DNA of 64,000 nt from Candidatus Poribacteria bacterium (GTDB lineage: Bacteria > Poribacteria > WGA-4E > WGA-3G): positions 1,504,001 to 1,568,000 of the forward strand of contig OZ219753.1 in the NCBI GenBank assembly GCA_964291315.2. The letters run 5' to 3'. The first letter of the stretch is position 1. Each line of letters starts with the position of its first letter. The notes under the pieces were generated by a model. It was not told where the DNA came from and did no database searches. It saw only the letters and a program-made list of their open reading frames with translations. Made by a program: the position numbers and the translations under genes. This document shows positions 50,807-61,185 of this stretch, one piece after another.

Positions 50807-51868
50807 TTACGGGGTCGGACTTTCGTTGATAAGAATCGCTCCATTTGATCCGACTTCAAAAACCGCCTTTCCGTTTGTTACAGAATCTCGATAATCTGTA
50901 TAGGCAGATTCCGCATTGGCGGAGTCTGCAAAACGGATAATGAAAACAATCGGGGTATCCAACCATGTTTCTGATTTCATATTTTCCCAATAGCGCGATG
51001 AGATACCGATCGCTGTATCGGTCAATTGTGGAATAGTAGTCGGTAGGCTGCTGTAGATTTGACGCAACGTCCAATTTGAGCGGAATAGTTTGACACTTCC
51101 ATTCACTTTATTGCTGCTCGGTAATAGCGCGAATATCCTCGGGTCCCGAGGCGGATCTTCAATTTGTGCAGCAACAATTTTAGCGAGGGCAACCATACCT
51201 TCCCGGATGCTAGTCGCTATTTCGTAACCCTCGATCTGAACGAAATACTTCCCTTTTGAAAAGCGGAGATAGTTGCCTGAAAGGAGAGCCTTACACCCCA
51301 CCCATTCAATTTTCATTTGTGGATAGGTGTAGAAATTATAAATCCCAAATGCGTTTTCTGGCGAGCCCATGTCGAATATCTCAAGTAAAATCAGCGGCTT
51401 TGAACCAAAGCGGGGCGTTTCATATTCCACCTCCGCTTGTCGTTGAAAGCCGTAGGCATAGTAAAGCTTCGGAGACGAGCTTCTGTCACGATAGAGCGTT
51501 TCACCCTCGTAAGTTGAGGGCAAGCGTGACTGGACCCAGCCCCCTGACTCTCGATCGCTCGGTAAAAGATGGGTTGGTGAAATATCAGTTCGTCCGGTGT
51601 TTTTTGCGGTTGATGGTTCTAACGCAGCTGACGCGTTTTTGATATTTGATCTTATCTCAAGTATCGCCTTTTGCGCTTTCTCCTCCGTGGTACTGTGCCA
51701 TACCCCGTAGATATATCGTGCTTCCTGCTGAACGGCTGTCCAGTTTCCCCGCTCCTCACTACATGAGAGCAGCGTCAAACTAAAAAAGAGGGGCATCCCA
51801 AGCAAGAAATGGAGAGATTTAGAAAAAAAGTCTGTTCCCTTACCTTTCGTTCGTTCGATCGTTTCCAT
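50807..51868 (-). CDS. Exported/lipoprotein, DUF6599-like
   Basis: LLSC lipobox-like; TYEGETLY, YYAYGF, EIFDMGSPENAFGIY, KGKYFVQI. Confidence 0.6.
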   Translation of the reverse strand: METIERTKGKGTDFFSKSLHFLLGMPLFFSLTLLSCSEERGNWTAVQQEARYIYGVWHSTTEEKAQKAILEIRSNIKNASAALEPSTAKNTGRTDISPTHLLPSDRESGGWVQSRLPSTYEGETLYRDRSSSPKLYYAYGFQRQAEVEYETPRFGSKPLILLEIFDMGSPENAFGIYNFYTYPQMKIEWVGCKALLSGNYLRFSKGKYFVQIEGYEIATSIREGMVALAKIVAAQIEDPPRDPRIFALLPSSNKVNGSVKLFRSNWTLRQIYSSLPTTIPQLTDTAIGISSRYWENMKSETWLDTPIVFIIRFADSANAESAYTDYRDSVTNGKAVFEVGSNGAILINESPTP

Positions 51869-51880
51869 GCGTGCGTCCTA

Positions 51881-52399
51881 TTACCACTGCTCTGCTAGTT
51901 GATTGTAAAGGTCTTCCACGAGCTCATCTAAAATAAGGTTTTTGGCTTGTTCCGGGGTTTCCCTTGGTTCTGACCGGTTTGGTACGATATAGAAATCATG
52001 GACCTGGATATAGTTGTCGGTTTCGGCGATCGTATTATTACGTACGCGGTCTAAGAATTCATACTCGATCTGCAAACTCATACGCAACATTTCGACTTCC
52101 CCTTGTGGGCCGAAGCCCTGCTCTATTAAATTGTAGTCCTGTATCCGGATTGTAAATTCGGAATCGTTCCCGTCTCGCCATTTCCGGTTGAAACGTTGAG
52201 TTAGTTTCTCATGAATGATTTCATCATACGGACGCTGAGAGGTCGTATCGTAGGCAAAATCAGCGTCCAAGATTTCAACTGGCGAGATACGGATGGTTTT
52301 GATATGTTCCAAGTATTCAGATTTGGAAACGTAACCGCATCCAGCAATCAGTAGGTTCAAGCATATCGGTAGTACTAAGGTCAACAAGGTTCTACGCAT
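51881..52399 (-). CDS. Lipoprotein, LptE-like
   Basis: LIAGCGY lipobox; HIKTIRI; C-terminal helix ending in W. Confidence 0.55.
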   Translation of the reverse strand: MRRTLLTLVLPICLNLLIAGCGYVSKSEYLEHIKTIRISPVEILDADFAYDTTSQRPYDEIIHEKLTQRFNRKWRDGNDSEFTIRIQDYNLIEQGFGPQGEVEMLRMSLQIEYEFLDRVRNNTIAETDNYIQVHDFYIVPNRSEPRETPEQAKNLILDELVEDLYNQLAEQW

Positions 52400-52481
52400 C
52401 TTTTTCCCCCTATTTCGCCCTTGCCGAAGAATATAATCCGATTCGTGCGTTGTTCTTGTTCCGTATTTTATATATTTGGGT

Positions 52482-52742
52482 TTAAAATATTAAACCGTCT
52501 GACAGTACTGGAGATTGGAAGTTCGCTGGTGCTGCCTTTGGACGCGGTACTTTCTGCTGCCTGCCATAAAACATAGATTTAGCGGTATCAACAATGTATC
52601 GTTTATAAGTAGGCGATAGTAAAACAACAAAGACAAGGACAAGCAGAATGAGAACAACGGCTAAAAAGTAGGTTACCCACTTCTGGTCGAGCAAATTTGG
52701 TTTATCCAGCGTGTATTTAGCAGTATTGCGTCTTGCTTTCAT
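52482..52742 (-). CDS. Small single-TM hypothetical protein
   Basis: AAGGAG RBS, upstream promoter, hydrophobic segment. Confidence 0.65.
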   Translation of the reverse strand: MKARRNTAKYTLDKPNLLDQKWVTYFLAVVLILLVLVFVVLLSPTYKRYIVDTAKSMFYGRQQKVPRPKAAPANFQSPVLSDGLIF

Positions 52743-52832
52743 TGTTTCGACTCCTTATTCATTGATATGTTACTTCACGATAGATCACTTATGTGATTAT
52801 TTTAGCGGATAAAATTGGAACTCTGTATTCGA

Positions 52833-52861
52833 ATTATAGCAAAAAAAAGAATGATATGCAA
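52833..52861 (-). promoter_or_regulatory. sigma70 promoter
   Basis: TTGCAT-17 nt-TATAAT with extended TG; spacer contains T8. Confidence 0.6.
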
Positions 52862-52896
52862 AACTTAATTGTTTTTGTTTTCAGAGTTTGTGACAT

Positions 52897-52932
52897 AAAA
52901 ATAGGGCGAAGGAATGAATCCTCCGCCCTATT
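52897..52932 (-). terminator. Rho-independent terminator of pnp
   Basis: AATAGGGCGGAGGA-loop-TCCTTCGCCCTATT followed by T-run. Confidence 0.8.
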
Positions 52933-52982
52933 CTGATCCTTAAGAAGCTACAGATTTTGGGTCCTGGCACAGCGCTTTCCGG

Positions 52983-55310
52983 CTATCGAGAGCGTCCTTT
53001 AGGGATACGTGGCGAGCGCCGGTTGCGAAAATCCCGCACATTGTCGCGTTGTTCATAACGGTTGGTGCGCCGGTCACGTGTATCGCTGCCCCGTCTTTCT
53101 CGGGAGTCACGTGTGTCTCTACTATCACGGTAACCCGAGCGGCCCATATCCCGGTTTCCCCTCGGTTCATGCCGATCAGATGAGAAATCACGATCATCGG
53201 ACGATTCAATATTCATTTCTTCAACGGGGATTCCACCTGCCGCGATCAGTGTCAAATCTACACGATCCTGTTCGTCAATTGTGAGGATACGGACAGTGAC
53301 TTCGTCACCCACCTGCATCACGTCCTCGGCGCGGCGGACATAACCGTCCCCCATTTGCGAAATATGAACGAGGCCGTCCTTGCCGGGCAAAATCTCTACG
53401 AATGCTCCAAACGGAGCCGTTCGGACTACTTTTCCGGTGTACTCTTTCCCAATTTCAGGCATTGCCGTGATCGCTAGGATTTTTTCCTCGGCTCGTTTGA
53501 GATCCTCAGCACTTGTTGCTGCAATTTCAACAGTTCCATCATCTTCAATGCTGATAGTTGTGTTGGTTTCTTCTTGGAGTCCTTGGACAGTCTTGCCTCG
53601 TGGTCCAATGAGGTCTTTAATTTTCTGTTGTGCGATCTGGATCGAGTGAATCCGCGGGGCATAAGGGGAAAGTTCTGCACGCGGTTGTGCTATAACGGCA
53701 TTCATCTGTTCAATGACTGCAAGCCGCGCTTCTTTTGCTTGATGGATTGCGCGACGCATCAATTCTGGACTGACCCCTTCAATCTTGATATCCATTTGGA
53801 CAGCAGTAACGCCTTCGCTGGTCCCCGCCACTTTAAAATCCATGTCACCCAAGAAGTCTTCCGTTCCGAGCATATCGGTGAGTATAACCTCTTGTTCGTT
53901 TTCCTTGATGAGTCCAACGCCTATTCCCGCGACAGGTCCTTTAAGGGGGACACCAGCATCCAACAACGCTAATGTCGCGCCACAGACGGTCGCCATTGAC
54001 GAGGAGGCGTTAGATTCCAAGATTTCCGATACGACCCGAATTGTATAGTGGAATTCTTCCTTAGCTGGAATAACTGGTTCGAGAGCCTTTTGTGCCAAGG
54101 CCCCGTGACCGATTTCCCGGCGTCCAGGCCCCATCATGCGTTTGACTTCACCCGTGCTGAACGGTGGGAAGTTGTAGTGGAGAAAGAACGAACGTCTCAC
54201 TTCACCATCAAGTCCGCGTTGGACATCTTCGTCGCCAGACGTGCCGAGAGTCGTTACACAGAGTGCCTGTGTCTGGCCCCTACTAAAGAGCGCTGATCCA
54301 TGGGTGTAGGGCAAGAGTGCAACTTCGCCCGAGATAGAACGAATATCCGTTACGCCGCGCCCGTCAACCCGTTTGCCTTCGGTCAGAATGGCTTGGCGCA
54401 TCTCCTCTTTTTCGATTTCGTTTAAGATGGAAACAGTGTCCTTTGCTGCGTTCAGGTCGGTTTCCTCAGGTATATCTTCAAGGATTTCTGACAAAACCTC
54501 TTCTTGGACCTGTTCAAGATAGTCTTCACGCAATTTTTTGTCTGCCATTCCGATAGATTCTCGGATCCGAGATGTGGCGAGATTGCGAACGCGGTTGCTG
54601 AGGTCTACTCCAACATTTTTGGACGTATAATTGCGCTTTGGCGTACTGCAGACTGCCGCTAGTCCTTCTTGAAGTCTGATAATCTCCTTTATTTGCGCGT
54701 GAGCGGTGACAATTGTATCAATAACTTCATCTTCGGGGATTTCGTGACCGCTACCTTCAACAGACATCACGGCATCTATCTTACCGCTTACGAACAATTC
54801 CATCTCCGAAGCGTGTAATTCTTCATAGTTTGGATTGATTATTAACTCGTCTTCAATTTTCCCTACTGTGACTGCTGCAACCGGGCCGTTAAACGGGATA
54901 TCAGAAATCGATAAAGCGGCCGAGGTGCCGATGAGTGCCGGAACATCCGCCGGATGAATACCGTCCGATGAAAACACGTTGCATAAAATTTGTACTTCTG
55001 CCTTAAAGTCCTTGGGAAAGAGAGGACGGATACAGTGATCAATTAAACGAGCAATAAGTTGTTCGGATGTTCCAGGACGTGGCTCGCGTCTACCATAAAC
55101 CGTCGGGATACGTCCTGTCGCGTATGCCCTCTCACGATAATCTACTGTTAGTGGAAAGAAATCCAAGTCGTGTTCCCTATCGTCCGCTACGACTGTAACT
55201 AAGACAATCGTTCCACCGTATTGAACCCACACCGCTCCATCTGCTTGTTTCGCGACTTTTCCGGTTTCGATCGATAACTTCTCGTTTCCCAGTTGCATTT
55301 CAACTTTCAT
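52983..55310 (-). CDS. pnp: Polyribonucleotide nucleotidyltransferase
   Basis: ETGKVAKQADG, DFFPLTVDY, RGQTQAL, RREIGHG, GDMDFKVAGT, KH and S1 domains; start ATG 55310 or TTG 55355. Confidence 0.97.
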   Translation of the reverse strand: MKVEMQLGNEKLSIETGKVAKQADGAVWVQYGGTIVLVTVVADDREHDLDFFPLTVDYRERAYATGRIPTVYGRREPRPGTSEQLIARLIDHCIRPLFPKDFKAEVQILCNVFSSDGIHPADVPALIGTSAALSISDIPFNGPVAAVTVGKIEDELIINPNYEELHASEMELFVSGKIDAVMSVEGSGHEIPEDEVIDTIVTAHAQIKEIIRLQEGLAAVCSTPKRNYTSKNVGVDLSNRVRNLATSRIRESIGMADKKLREDYLEQVQEEVLSEILEDIPEETDLNAAKDTVSILNEIEKEEMRQAILTEGKRVDGRGVTDIRSISGEVALLPYTHGSALFSRGQTQALCVTTLGTSGDEDVQRGLDGEVRRSFFLHYNFPPFSTGEVKRMMGPGRREIGHGALAQKALEPVIPAKEEFHYTIRVVSEILESNASSSMATVCGATLALLDAGVPLKGPVAGIGVGLIKENEQEVILTDMLGTEDFLGDMDFKVAGTSEGVTAVQMDIKIEGVSPELMRRAIHQAKEARLAVIEQMNAVIAQPRAELSPYAPRIHSIQIAQQKIKDLIGPRGKTVQGLQEETNTTISIEDDGTVEIAATSAEDLKRAEEKILAITAMPEIGKEYTGKVVRTAPFGAFVEILPGKDGLVHISQMGDGYVRRAEDVMQVGDEVTVRILTIDEQDRVDLTLIAAGGIPVEEMNIESSDDRDFSSDRHEPRGNRDMGRSGYRDSRDTRDSRERRGSDTRDRRTNRYEQRDNVRDFRNRRSPRIPKGRSR

Positions 55311-55527
55311 TCTATGTACTACTCCTGTATTTCCGATTTTTCGTGCTTCTACCAAATATAAATAATAAAAAAGCGGCTAGAGAAAAATATTGCTTAAGAT
55401 ATAGTATACCGGATTGACACGGCTAATAGTAGTCTTTAAGCGTTACAACCTACAACCCTAATCGGATTTAAACCCGGTTGTTGAGATATAAAATGCGTTT
55501 CGTAACCGCTCTGTACTAGCGCAAAAC

Positions 55528-55818
55528 CTAACTTCTTCTTGATCCGATTGTGTCACGAATTCCAAGTCCTTCAATTAAACGGTAGTAGCGCGGAACGTCT
55601 TTTTTATAAAGATACTTTAACAAACGGCGCTGTTTTCCAACAAGGCGGAAAAGCCCATAGCGAGAATGGTAATCCTTCCGATGCGTCCGAAAATGTTCGG
55701 TCAACTGTCGAATCCGAGCCGTCAAAATTGCCACCTGAGCCTCCGGAGACCCAGTATCCTGTTGATGTACCTGGTACTGTTCCAATAATTCCTTCTTCTC
55801 TGCTGCACTAATTGCCAA
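55528..55818 (-). CDS. rpsO: 30S ribosomal protein S15
   Basis: [19 protein letters not shown]...H.KD.HSR.GL; AGGAGGTG RBS, TTG start. Confidence 0.97.
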   Translation of the reverse strand: MAISAAEKKELLEQYQVHQQDTGSPEAQVAILTARIRQLTEHFRTHRKDYHSRYGLFRLVGKQRRLLKYLYKKDVPRYYRLIEGLGIRDTIGSRRS

Positions 55819-56002
55819 TTGTGCTCACCTCCTTTTGGTTGAACAACTGGTTTTAAATAACAGGCCTTGGATACCTGTTCATTGCGTCTCGTCAAAAATC
55901 ATCGGCTAAAACGGACGTTATAAAACAAAAATGCTTTGACACATATATGAATATAAAAAAAAACTAAGTTGTTTGCGATTGTTGCTCCGATATTCATCTA
56001 TT

Positions 56003-56172
56003 CATCTACGCATGATACATATTTGACATACTCCGCCATCGTGTAAACCTACGAGATTCCTCTGAAAGTGGATCCCCTTGCTTTTTGATGTGAATTGTGG
56101 CGTTCCGATTTCGGAAACGGCCTAGTCTGTCACAACGGACATATAAAAACCGCCGGGGATCTCTTCCTATGG
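56003..56172 (-). ncRNA. Candidate structured ncRNA (omegaRNA-like or long rpsO leader)
   Basis: Downstream of a perfect promoter; long hairpin GATCCCC..GGGGATC; ends GGAATCTC..GGAGTATGTCAA; no ORF. Confidence 0.4.
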
Positions 56173-56178
56173 AAGTTT

Positions 56179-56207
56179 ATTATACCACATTTCCCCGCAA
56201 TTGTCAA
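56179..56207 (-). promoter_or_regulatory. Perfect consensus sigma70 promoter
   Basis: TTGACA-17 nt-TATAAT with extended -10 TG. Confidence 0.85.
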
Positions 56208-56349
56208 TTTTATTTATTGGACACAACTGATTAACCGCCACGACATCCCTGACAAAAAGGTATGACGATTTGTAGCTGAAGATTTGATAATACTACAAGT
56301 TGGCCTGAAATTCAAATTAAACTCTTGTGTTTAAATGGTTTAGGTACTG

Positions 56350-57330
56350 CTATTGGCGTGCAGATTCGGCAAGTATCTCTGCGGCTGTCTTGACATCGCG
56401 TCGTATCTGTTGCACAAGGGATTGAAGATTCGGGAATTTTCGTTCATTCCTAATTTTTTCTACGAAAAAGATTTCTACCAATTTACCATAGATGCTCTCA
56501 TTAAAATCAAAAAAGTAACCTTCTACTTGGAAATTTAACTCGCTAAACGTAGGGCGTGTTCCAATGTTCAAGACACCGTCTAACCATTTCCCTTCTAGTT
56601 TAGCGCGGATTGCGTAGACACCATTCGGAGGATAGATTTGGTCGTGTGTCTCTATATTTGCTGTGGGGAAACCGAGCTCCTTACCTCTTCCATCACCGTG
56701 GACAACCTTTCCGATCAACGAGTACGGACGCCCCAATAATTGTGAGCTCCACAAGAGGTCTCCGCTCGCTAAGGCTTGACGAATGCGGGTACTATGAACC
56801 GGCGAACCGTTTATCTCTGTAGGCGGGACAATCGTGACATCAAAGGGGTAATCCTCACTGATTTCTGCTAAGCGTTGTGCATTACCAGCTCGGTTTTTTC
56901 CAAATTGACAAGCATATCCCACGACAACATGTTTGGTTCGACATTTCTCCAGGAGAACACGTTCCACGAAAGCCTCTGGTGGCATTGAGGCAATCTTTTC
57001 GTCAAAACTGAGCATAACAATTTTGTTAATGCCACATTGCTGAAGTATCTCAACGCGTTTAGAAAGCGGGGTCAGAATAGGCGGGCATCGTTCCGGCGAT
57101 AAAAACGCGAGTGGATGCGGGTAGAAACCAACCAGCACGCTCATCAATTGCTCTTCTGCGGCACGATGCAACAGCGTCTTAATGACCGCTTGATGCCCTA
57201 GATGGATTCCATCAAATACACCGAAGGTAACCACGGTGTCTCTCTCAAATCCGGGGATGTCCTCTGAATTATAAATTGTTGTCGCTATGGAGGGGTTGCT
57301 TATATTGGCAACGTTTTCCACGTTTTTCAA
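56350..57330 (-). CDS. ribF: Bifunctional riboflavin kinase/FAD synthetase
   Basis: GVFDGIHLGHQ, STRIR, G.GRGKELGFPTAN, NIGTRPT, IR.ERKF. Confidence 0.95.
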   Translation of the reverse strand: MKNVENVANISNPSIATTIYNSEDIPGFERDTVVTFGVFDGIHLGHQAVIKTLLHRAAEEQLMSVLVGFYPHPLAFLSPERCPPILTPLSKRVEILQQCGINKIVMLSFDEKIASMPPEAFVERVLLEKCRTKHVVVGYACQFGKNRAGNAQRLAEISEDYPFDVTIVPPTEINGSPVHSTRIRQALASGDLLWSSQLLGRPYSLIGKVVHGDGRGKELGFPTANIETHDQIYPPNGVYAIRAKLEGKWLDGVLNIGTRPTFSELNFQVEGYFFDFNESIYGKLVEIFFVEKIRNERKFPNLQSLVQQIRRDVKTAAEILAESARQ

Positions 57331-58358
57331 TCCTTCAGAAAGTCACCACACCTCTTGGAAGGCTGTTTCATGTACTGCTGTGTAGTGTGAACAAGAGCAG
57401 TAATCGCTGATAAATAAGGCATCATGACTCGGCAGCCTGCCGCACGTCGATGTCCACCACCTTCAAATTCTGAAGCCAGTTTGCTAACATCTACCTGGCC
57501 TTGGCTCCGTAAGCTCGCCTTAGTACTCCTATCTGGCAATTCGCACGCACACAGGGCTACTTCAACACCTGCAATTGCTTGAATCTGATTCACAGCCCCT
57601 TCTATAGCTTCAGACGTGGCCCCGGTCCTTCTGAACATCGCTTGCGTAACGTACACAGAGGCTATCTTACCGTCATTCGTGACTTGCAAGGTGCGGAGAA
57701 TTTCACTTAATAAACGAATTTTACTAACCGGTATATGTTCATAGACATGACGGTAGACTTCATCGGGCGCGAATTCACCTATCTCTATCAATTCTGCCGC
57801 AATGCGATGCGTGTCAGCTGTGGCGTTACTATAGCGAAAACAACCCGTGTCAAACATCAATCCTGTGTAGAGGCAGAGCGCGCAAGCTTTGCTTATTGCC
57901 GTCTGGTGATACTTGATCAGTGTGTATACAATTTCTGATGTAGAGGAGGCTGAGGGGTTGATGATATTAATATCTCCAAACGCTTCAGCTGTCGTGTGAT
58001 GGTCAATGTTAACCAGTATATTTATGGGTCGCAACGTTTCCGACAAGGTTTTACCGATCCGTTTCAGTGTACTTGCATCTAACACAATTAGAACTTCCGG
58101 ACGATAAGTTCCGACTGCACGAACATCCTCAATGCTATCCCACGATGGCAAAAATCTGTAGTTAACAGGGACAGTATCTGTGTTAAAAATTCTAACAGAT
58201 TTCCCTAACTGCTTTAGAAAGAGGTAGAGGCTCAGTTCCGAACCGATCGCGTCGCCATCTGGATTAATATGGGTTGAAAGGGCGAAGTTATCGTACCGCT
58301 CTAGTAGCGCGAGGAGTGTGCCATAGCTCTGCGTATCTGTTGTATGTTGGGTGCTCAT
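57327..58358 (-). CDS. nrnA: DHH family phosphoesterase (NrnA-like oligoribonuclease/pAp phosphatase)
   Basis: HINPDGDAIGS, NIDHH, DTGCFRY, SLRS, GGGH..AAG. Confidence 0.85.
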   Translation of the reverse strand: MSTQHTTDTQSYGTLLALLERYDNFALSTHINPDGDAIGSELSLYLFLKQLGKSVRIFNTDTVPVNYRFLPSWDSIEDVRAVGTYRPEVLIVLDASTLKRIGKTLSETLRPINILVNIDHHTTAEAFGDINIINPSASSTSEIVYTLIKYHQTAISKACALCLYTGLMFDTGCFRYSNATADTHRIAAELIEIGEFAPDEVYRHVYEHIPVSKIRLLSEILRTLQVTNDGKIASVYVTQAMFRRTGATSEAIEGAVNQIQAIAGVEVALCACELPDRSTKASLRSQGQVDVSKLASEFEGGGHRRAAGCRVMMPYLSAITALVHTTQQYMKQPSKRCGDFLKD

Positions 58359-58738
58359 GAGGGGTCGGCTGGGTCCTTGCTAGGTGTCTCATCTTCGGAT
58401 TCAACGGATTTAAGGAGCCCGTCTATTTTAAAGAGATAGTCGGCAGATTCATCTATGGTAAACCGAAGCTCCGGTGAATAGCGGAGTGTAAGACGATTCC
58501 CGATTTCCCGTCTAAGGAACCCGGCTGCGCTTTTCAGACCGGCGAGCGTCTTATCCTTTTGGGTTTTATCGCCTATGACACTCACCTTTACATTTGCGTA
58601 TTTCAGATCTGATGAAACCTCTGCCTGGGTGATTGTACAGAGCGCTACGCGTGGATCCTTAACAGAACGTTGGATGATTTCGCTCAATTCTCGCTGGATT
58701 AGGGCACCCACCCGATCTTGTCTTCTATTGTTTACCAT
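58355..58738 (-). CDS. rbfA: Ribosome-binding factor A
   Basis: VKDPRV, VSSDLKYA, GFLR, LRYSPELRF..D. Confidence 0.95.
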   Translation of the reverse strand: MVNNRRQDRVGALIQRELSEIIQRSVKDPRVALCTITQAEVSSDLKYANVKVSVIGDKTQKDKTLAGLKSAAGFLRREIGNRLTLRYSPELRFTIDESADYLFKIDGLLKSVESEDETPSKDPADPS

Positions 58739-58781
58739 AATCTTCCTACCTTTAAAAGCAGGTTTCCGCTTACAATTTCCA

Positions 58782-59066
58782 TTAAAAGAAAAATTCGGTT
58801 TCGTAATCTACTAACTCGGCCTCTACATTTGCCTCAATAAAAGTAATAACATGTGAAAGGAGTCCGTTCAGATGTGCTGCGTCGTTAGAAACTGATACTG
58901 CAGCTAATACTGCAGATCCGTGTGCATTTAACGCTTCTACTTCCGCAATAGCAATGTTGAACCGGTTCTTGAGTCTTGCAATCAGGCTTTTGATAACTCG
59001 ACGTTTTGCCTTTAGCGAGTGGCTCTGCGGGATTCGGATCCAGATTTTACAAACCCCGATGTGCAT
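58782..59066 (-). CDS. DUF503 (YlxP) family protein
   Basis: SLKAKRRVIKSLI.RL.NRFNI.IAEV; position after infB. Confidence 0.9.
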   Translation of the reverse strand: MHIGVCKIWIRIPQSHSLKAKRRVIKSLIARLKNRFNIAIAEVEALNAHGSAVLAAVSVSNDAAHLNGLLSHVITFIEANVEAELVDYETEFFF

Positions 59067-59145
59067 AAAAGCCTCAGTTGCAAGCCCAGTTTTCGAACCT
59101 CGTTCTTTCTATTTCTACAAGAAGAGACGATGTTACACTGTCCAT

Positions 59146-61185
59146 CTAAGAAAGCGAGCGCGTTACCTGTTCGTGGACGTAACACTCAAGAACGTCACCA
59201 ATTTTCAAATCCTCGAAGGTTTCTATACCTATACCGCATTCATAATTCGCTTGGACTTCGTTAACATTATCTTTGAAACGTCGAAGTGAATTCACCTTTC
59301 CTTCGTGAATTAATCGGTTGTCGCGAAGGATCCGGAGCGGTTGGTTGTGCGAAATTCGCCCCCAATTGACATAGCTGCCCGCAACTAAACCAAGCCGCGG
59401 CACTTTAAACAATTCACGAACTTCCGCCCGTCCGATAACCACTTCACGGACTTCTGGATCTAATAAGCCTTCCATGGCTGAACGGATATACGAAATCAGG
59501 TTATAGATGACGTTATAGGTCCGGACATCGATTCCTTCATTTTCCTTTGCTTGCATGGCTTCTGTTGTTGGATGCACATTAAAGCCGACAACAATAGCAT
59601 CAGACGCGGAGGCAAGCAAAATATCGGTTTCGGTGATGCCCCCAACGGCTTGATGGATAATGTTGATTTTAACTTCGTCCGTGCTTAAATTGAGTAGCGA
59701 TGCGGCGACTGCTTGCACCGAGCCCTGGACATCGCCTTTAAGGACAACGTTGAGTTCCTTGATTTCACCTTCCTGGATCTGTTGGAACAAATTTTCTAAG
59801 GTAACGTGGCTGTTCGATCCAAGTTTTTCGGTTCTATGTTTGTCTCGTCGCGCTTCACTGATGGTTCGCGCATCCTTATCCGATTCCACAACATAGAATT
59901 TGTCGCCCGCTTCGGGCACCCCTGTGAAACCGAGAACTTCGACGGGACGTGAGGGGCCTACTGTTTTCAGGTGTTTCCCGTGTTCGTCTATCATTGCTCT
60001 GGTTCTGCCCGAGTATAATCCTGAAACAAAGGCATCTCCAACGCGTAGGGTTCCAGATTGCACAAGAACCGTTGCGACAGGCCCCCGTTCTTTGTCTACT
60101 TGTGCCTCAATAACAACACCGCGGGCACTTTTATCTGGGTTCGCTTTGAGTTCAAGGAGCGCAGCTTCCAAAAGAAGCATTTCCAACAAGATGTCTATGC
60201 CGGTTCCCTCCGTCGCAGAGGTCTCAACACAAATCGTCTGTCCGCCCCATTCTTCTGGAACTAGGTCCTGTTCTGCCAATTGTTGTCGGATATAATCCGG
60301 ACGTGCCCCGGGAACATCTATTTTATTAATCGCCACCACGATTGGGACTTTAGCGGCCTTCGCGTGACTGATTGCCTCGATCGTCTGCGGCATGACCCCG
60401 TCGTCAGCTGCAACAATCAAAACGACGATATCGGTCACTTGGGCACCACGTGCCCGCATAGCAGTAAAGGCAGCGTGGCCAGGTGTATCCAAAAAGACGA
60501 CACTGCCGGTTTGCAAAGCCATGTGGTAGGCCCCAATATGTTGTGTAATATTCCCCGCCTCGGATTCGCTAACGTTTGATTCACGTATAGAGTCCAAGAG
60601 AGACGTTTTGCCGTGGTCAACGTGTCCCATAATTGTGACGACTGGAGCACGCGGCTTTAAAGATTCTGGTGGATCCGGTAGGTCTGTTAATAAGTCTTCT
60701 TCCAGCGTTCGCTTTTTAATGGCCTCAAAATCTAAATGTTCGCCAAGCATCATGAGAGTCTTATAGTCGAGACGTTGATTGATATTTGCCATCACTCTTA
60801 ACTTCATGAGGCGCAGAATCAGCGCTGAAGGTTGCAAGTCCAGCGACGCGGCGAGATCCGCAACTGTTACGCCTTCTGTGATCTGTAAAACACCTGTCCC
60901 CTGGCGGCTTGAATCAGGGTCGTTTCCGGTCGGCTTCGCACCTGTAGATGTGGCTTCCTCGTTAAAGCTCGCTGCTAATTCAGGCTCAACAAGCGCAACA
61001 GTGTCTGGGTCAAGCGGGACCTTTTCGTTTTTAACCTGAATACCGTGGTTTCTTAATATAGTGATGAGTTTCTTACTTGTAAGTTTATACTCCTTTGCCA
61101 ATTTGAAAACAGGTGTGCCTGAACTTTGGCTCACTTCACGGTTCGCTTTTGTAGATTTTTGCCGCTGCCTTTCAGCTTTGCTCAT
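59146..61185 (-). CDS. infB: Translation initiation factor IF-2
   Basis: [37 protein letters not shown]. Confidence 0.98.
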   Translation of the reverse strand: MSKAERQRQKSTKANREVSQSSGTPVFKLAKEYKLTSKKLITILRNHGIQVKNEKVPLDPDTVALVEPELAASFNEEATSTGAKPTGNDPDSSRQGTGVLQITEGVTVADLAASLDLQPSALILRLMKLRVMANINQRLDYKTLMMLGEHLDFEAIKKRTLEEDLLTDLPDPPESLKPRAPVVTIMGHVDHGKTSLLDSIRESNVSESEAGNITQHIGAYHMALQTGSVVFLDTPGHAAFTAMRARGAQVTDIVVLIVAADDGVMPQTIEAISHAKAAKVPIVVAINKIDVPGARPDYIRQQLAEQDLVPEEWGGQTICVETSATEGTGIDILLEMLLLEAALLELKANPDKSARGVVIEAQVDKERGPVATVLVQSGTLRVGDAFVSGLYSGRTRAMIDEHGKHLKTVGPSRPVEVLGFTGVPEAGDKFYVVESDKDARTISEARRDKHRTEKLGSNSHVTLENLFQQIQEGEIKELNVVLKGDVQGSVQAVAASLLNLSTDEVKINIIHQAVGGITETDILLASASDAIVVGFNVHPTTEAMQAKENEGIDVRTYNVIYNLISYIRSAMEGLLDPEVREVVIGRAEVRELFKVPRLGLVAGSYVNWGRISHNQPLRILRDNRLIHEGKVNSLRRFKDNVNEVQANYECGIGIETFEDLKIGDVLECYVHEQVTRSLS

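Noticed and set aside
52841-52848. Phase-variable homopolymer in a promoter spacer
   Set aside because: An A8/T8 run in AT-rich intergenic DNA is too common to call without read data
55360-55525. RNase III-type pnp leader stem
   Set aside because: Only short complementarity (GCGGCTAG/CTAGCGC) visible; cannot be supported without folding
56070-56165. SRP RNA or c-di-GMP-I riboswitch identity for the hairpin
   Set aside because: Lacks the SRP GGAA loop/AGCAG motif and the GEMM GGCAAAC..GCAAAGC pattern
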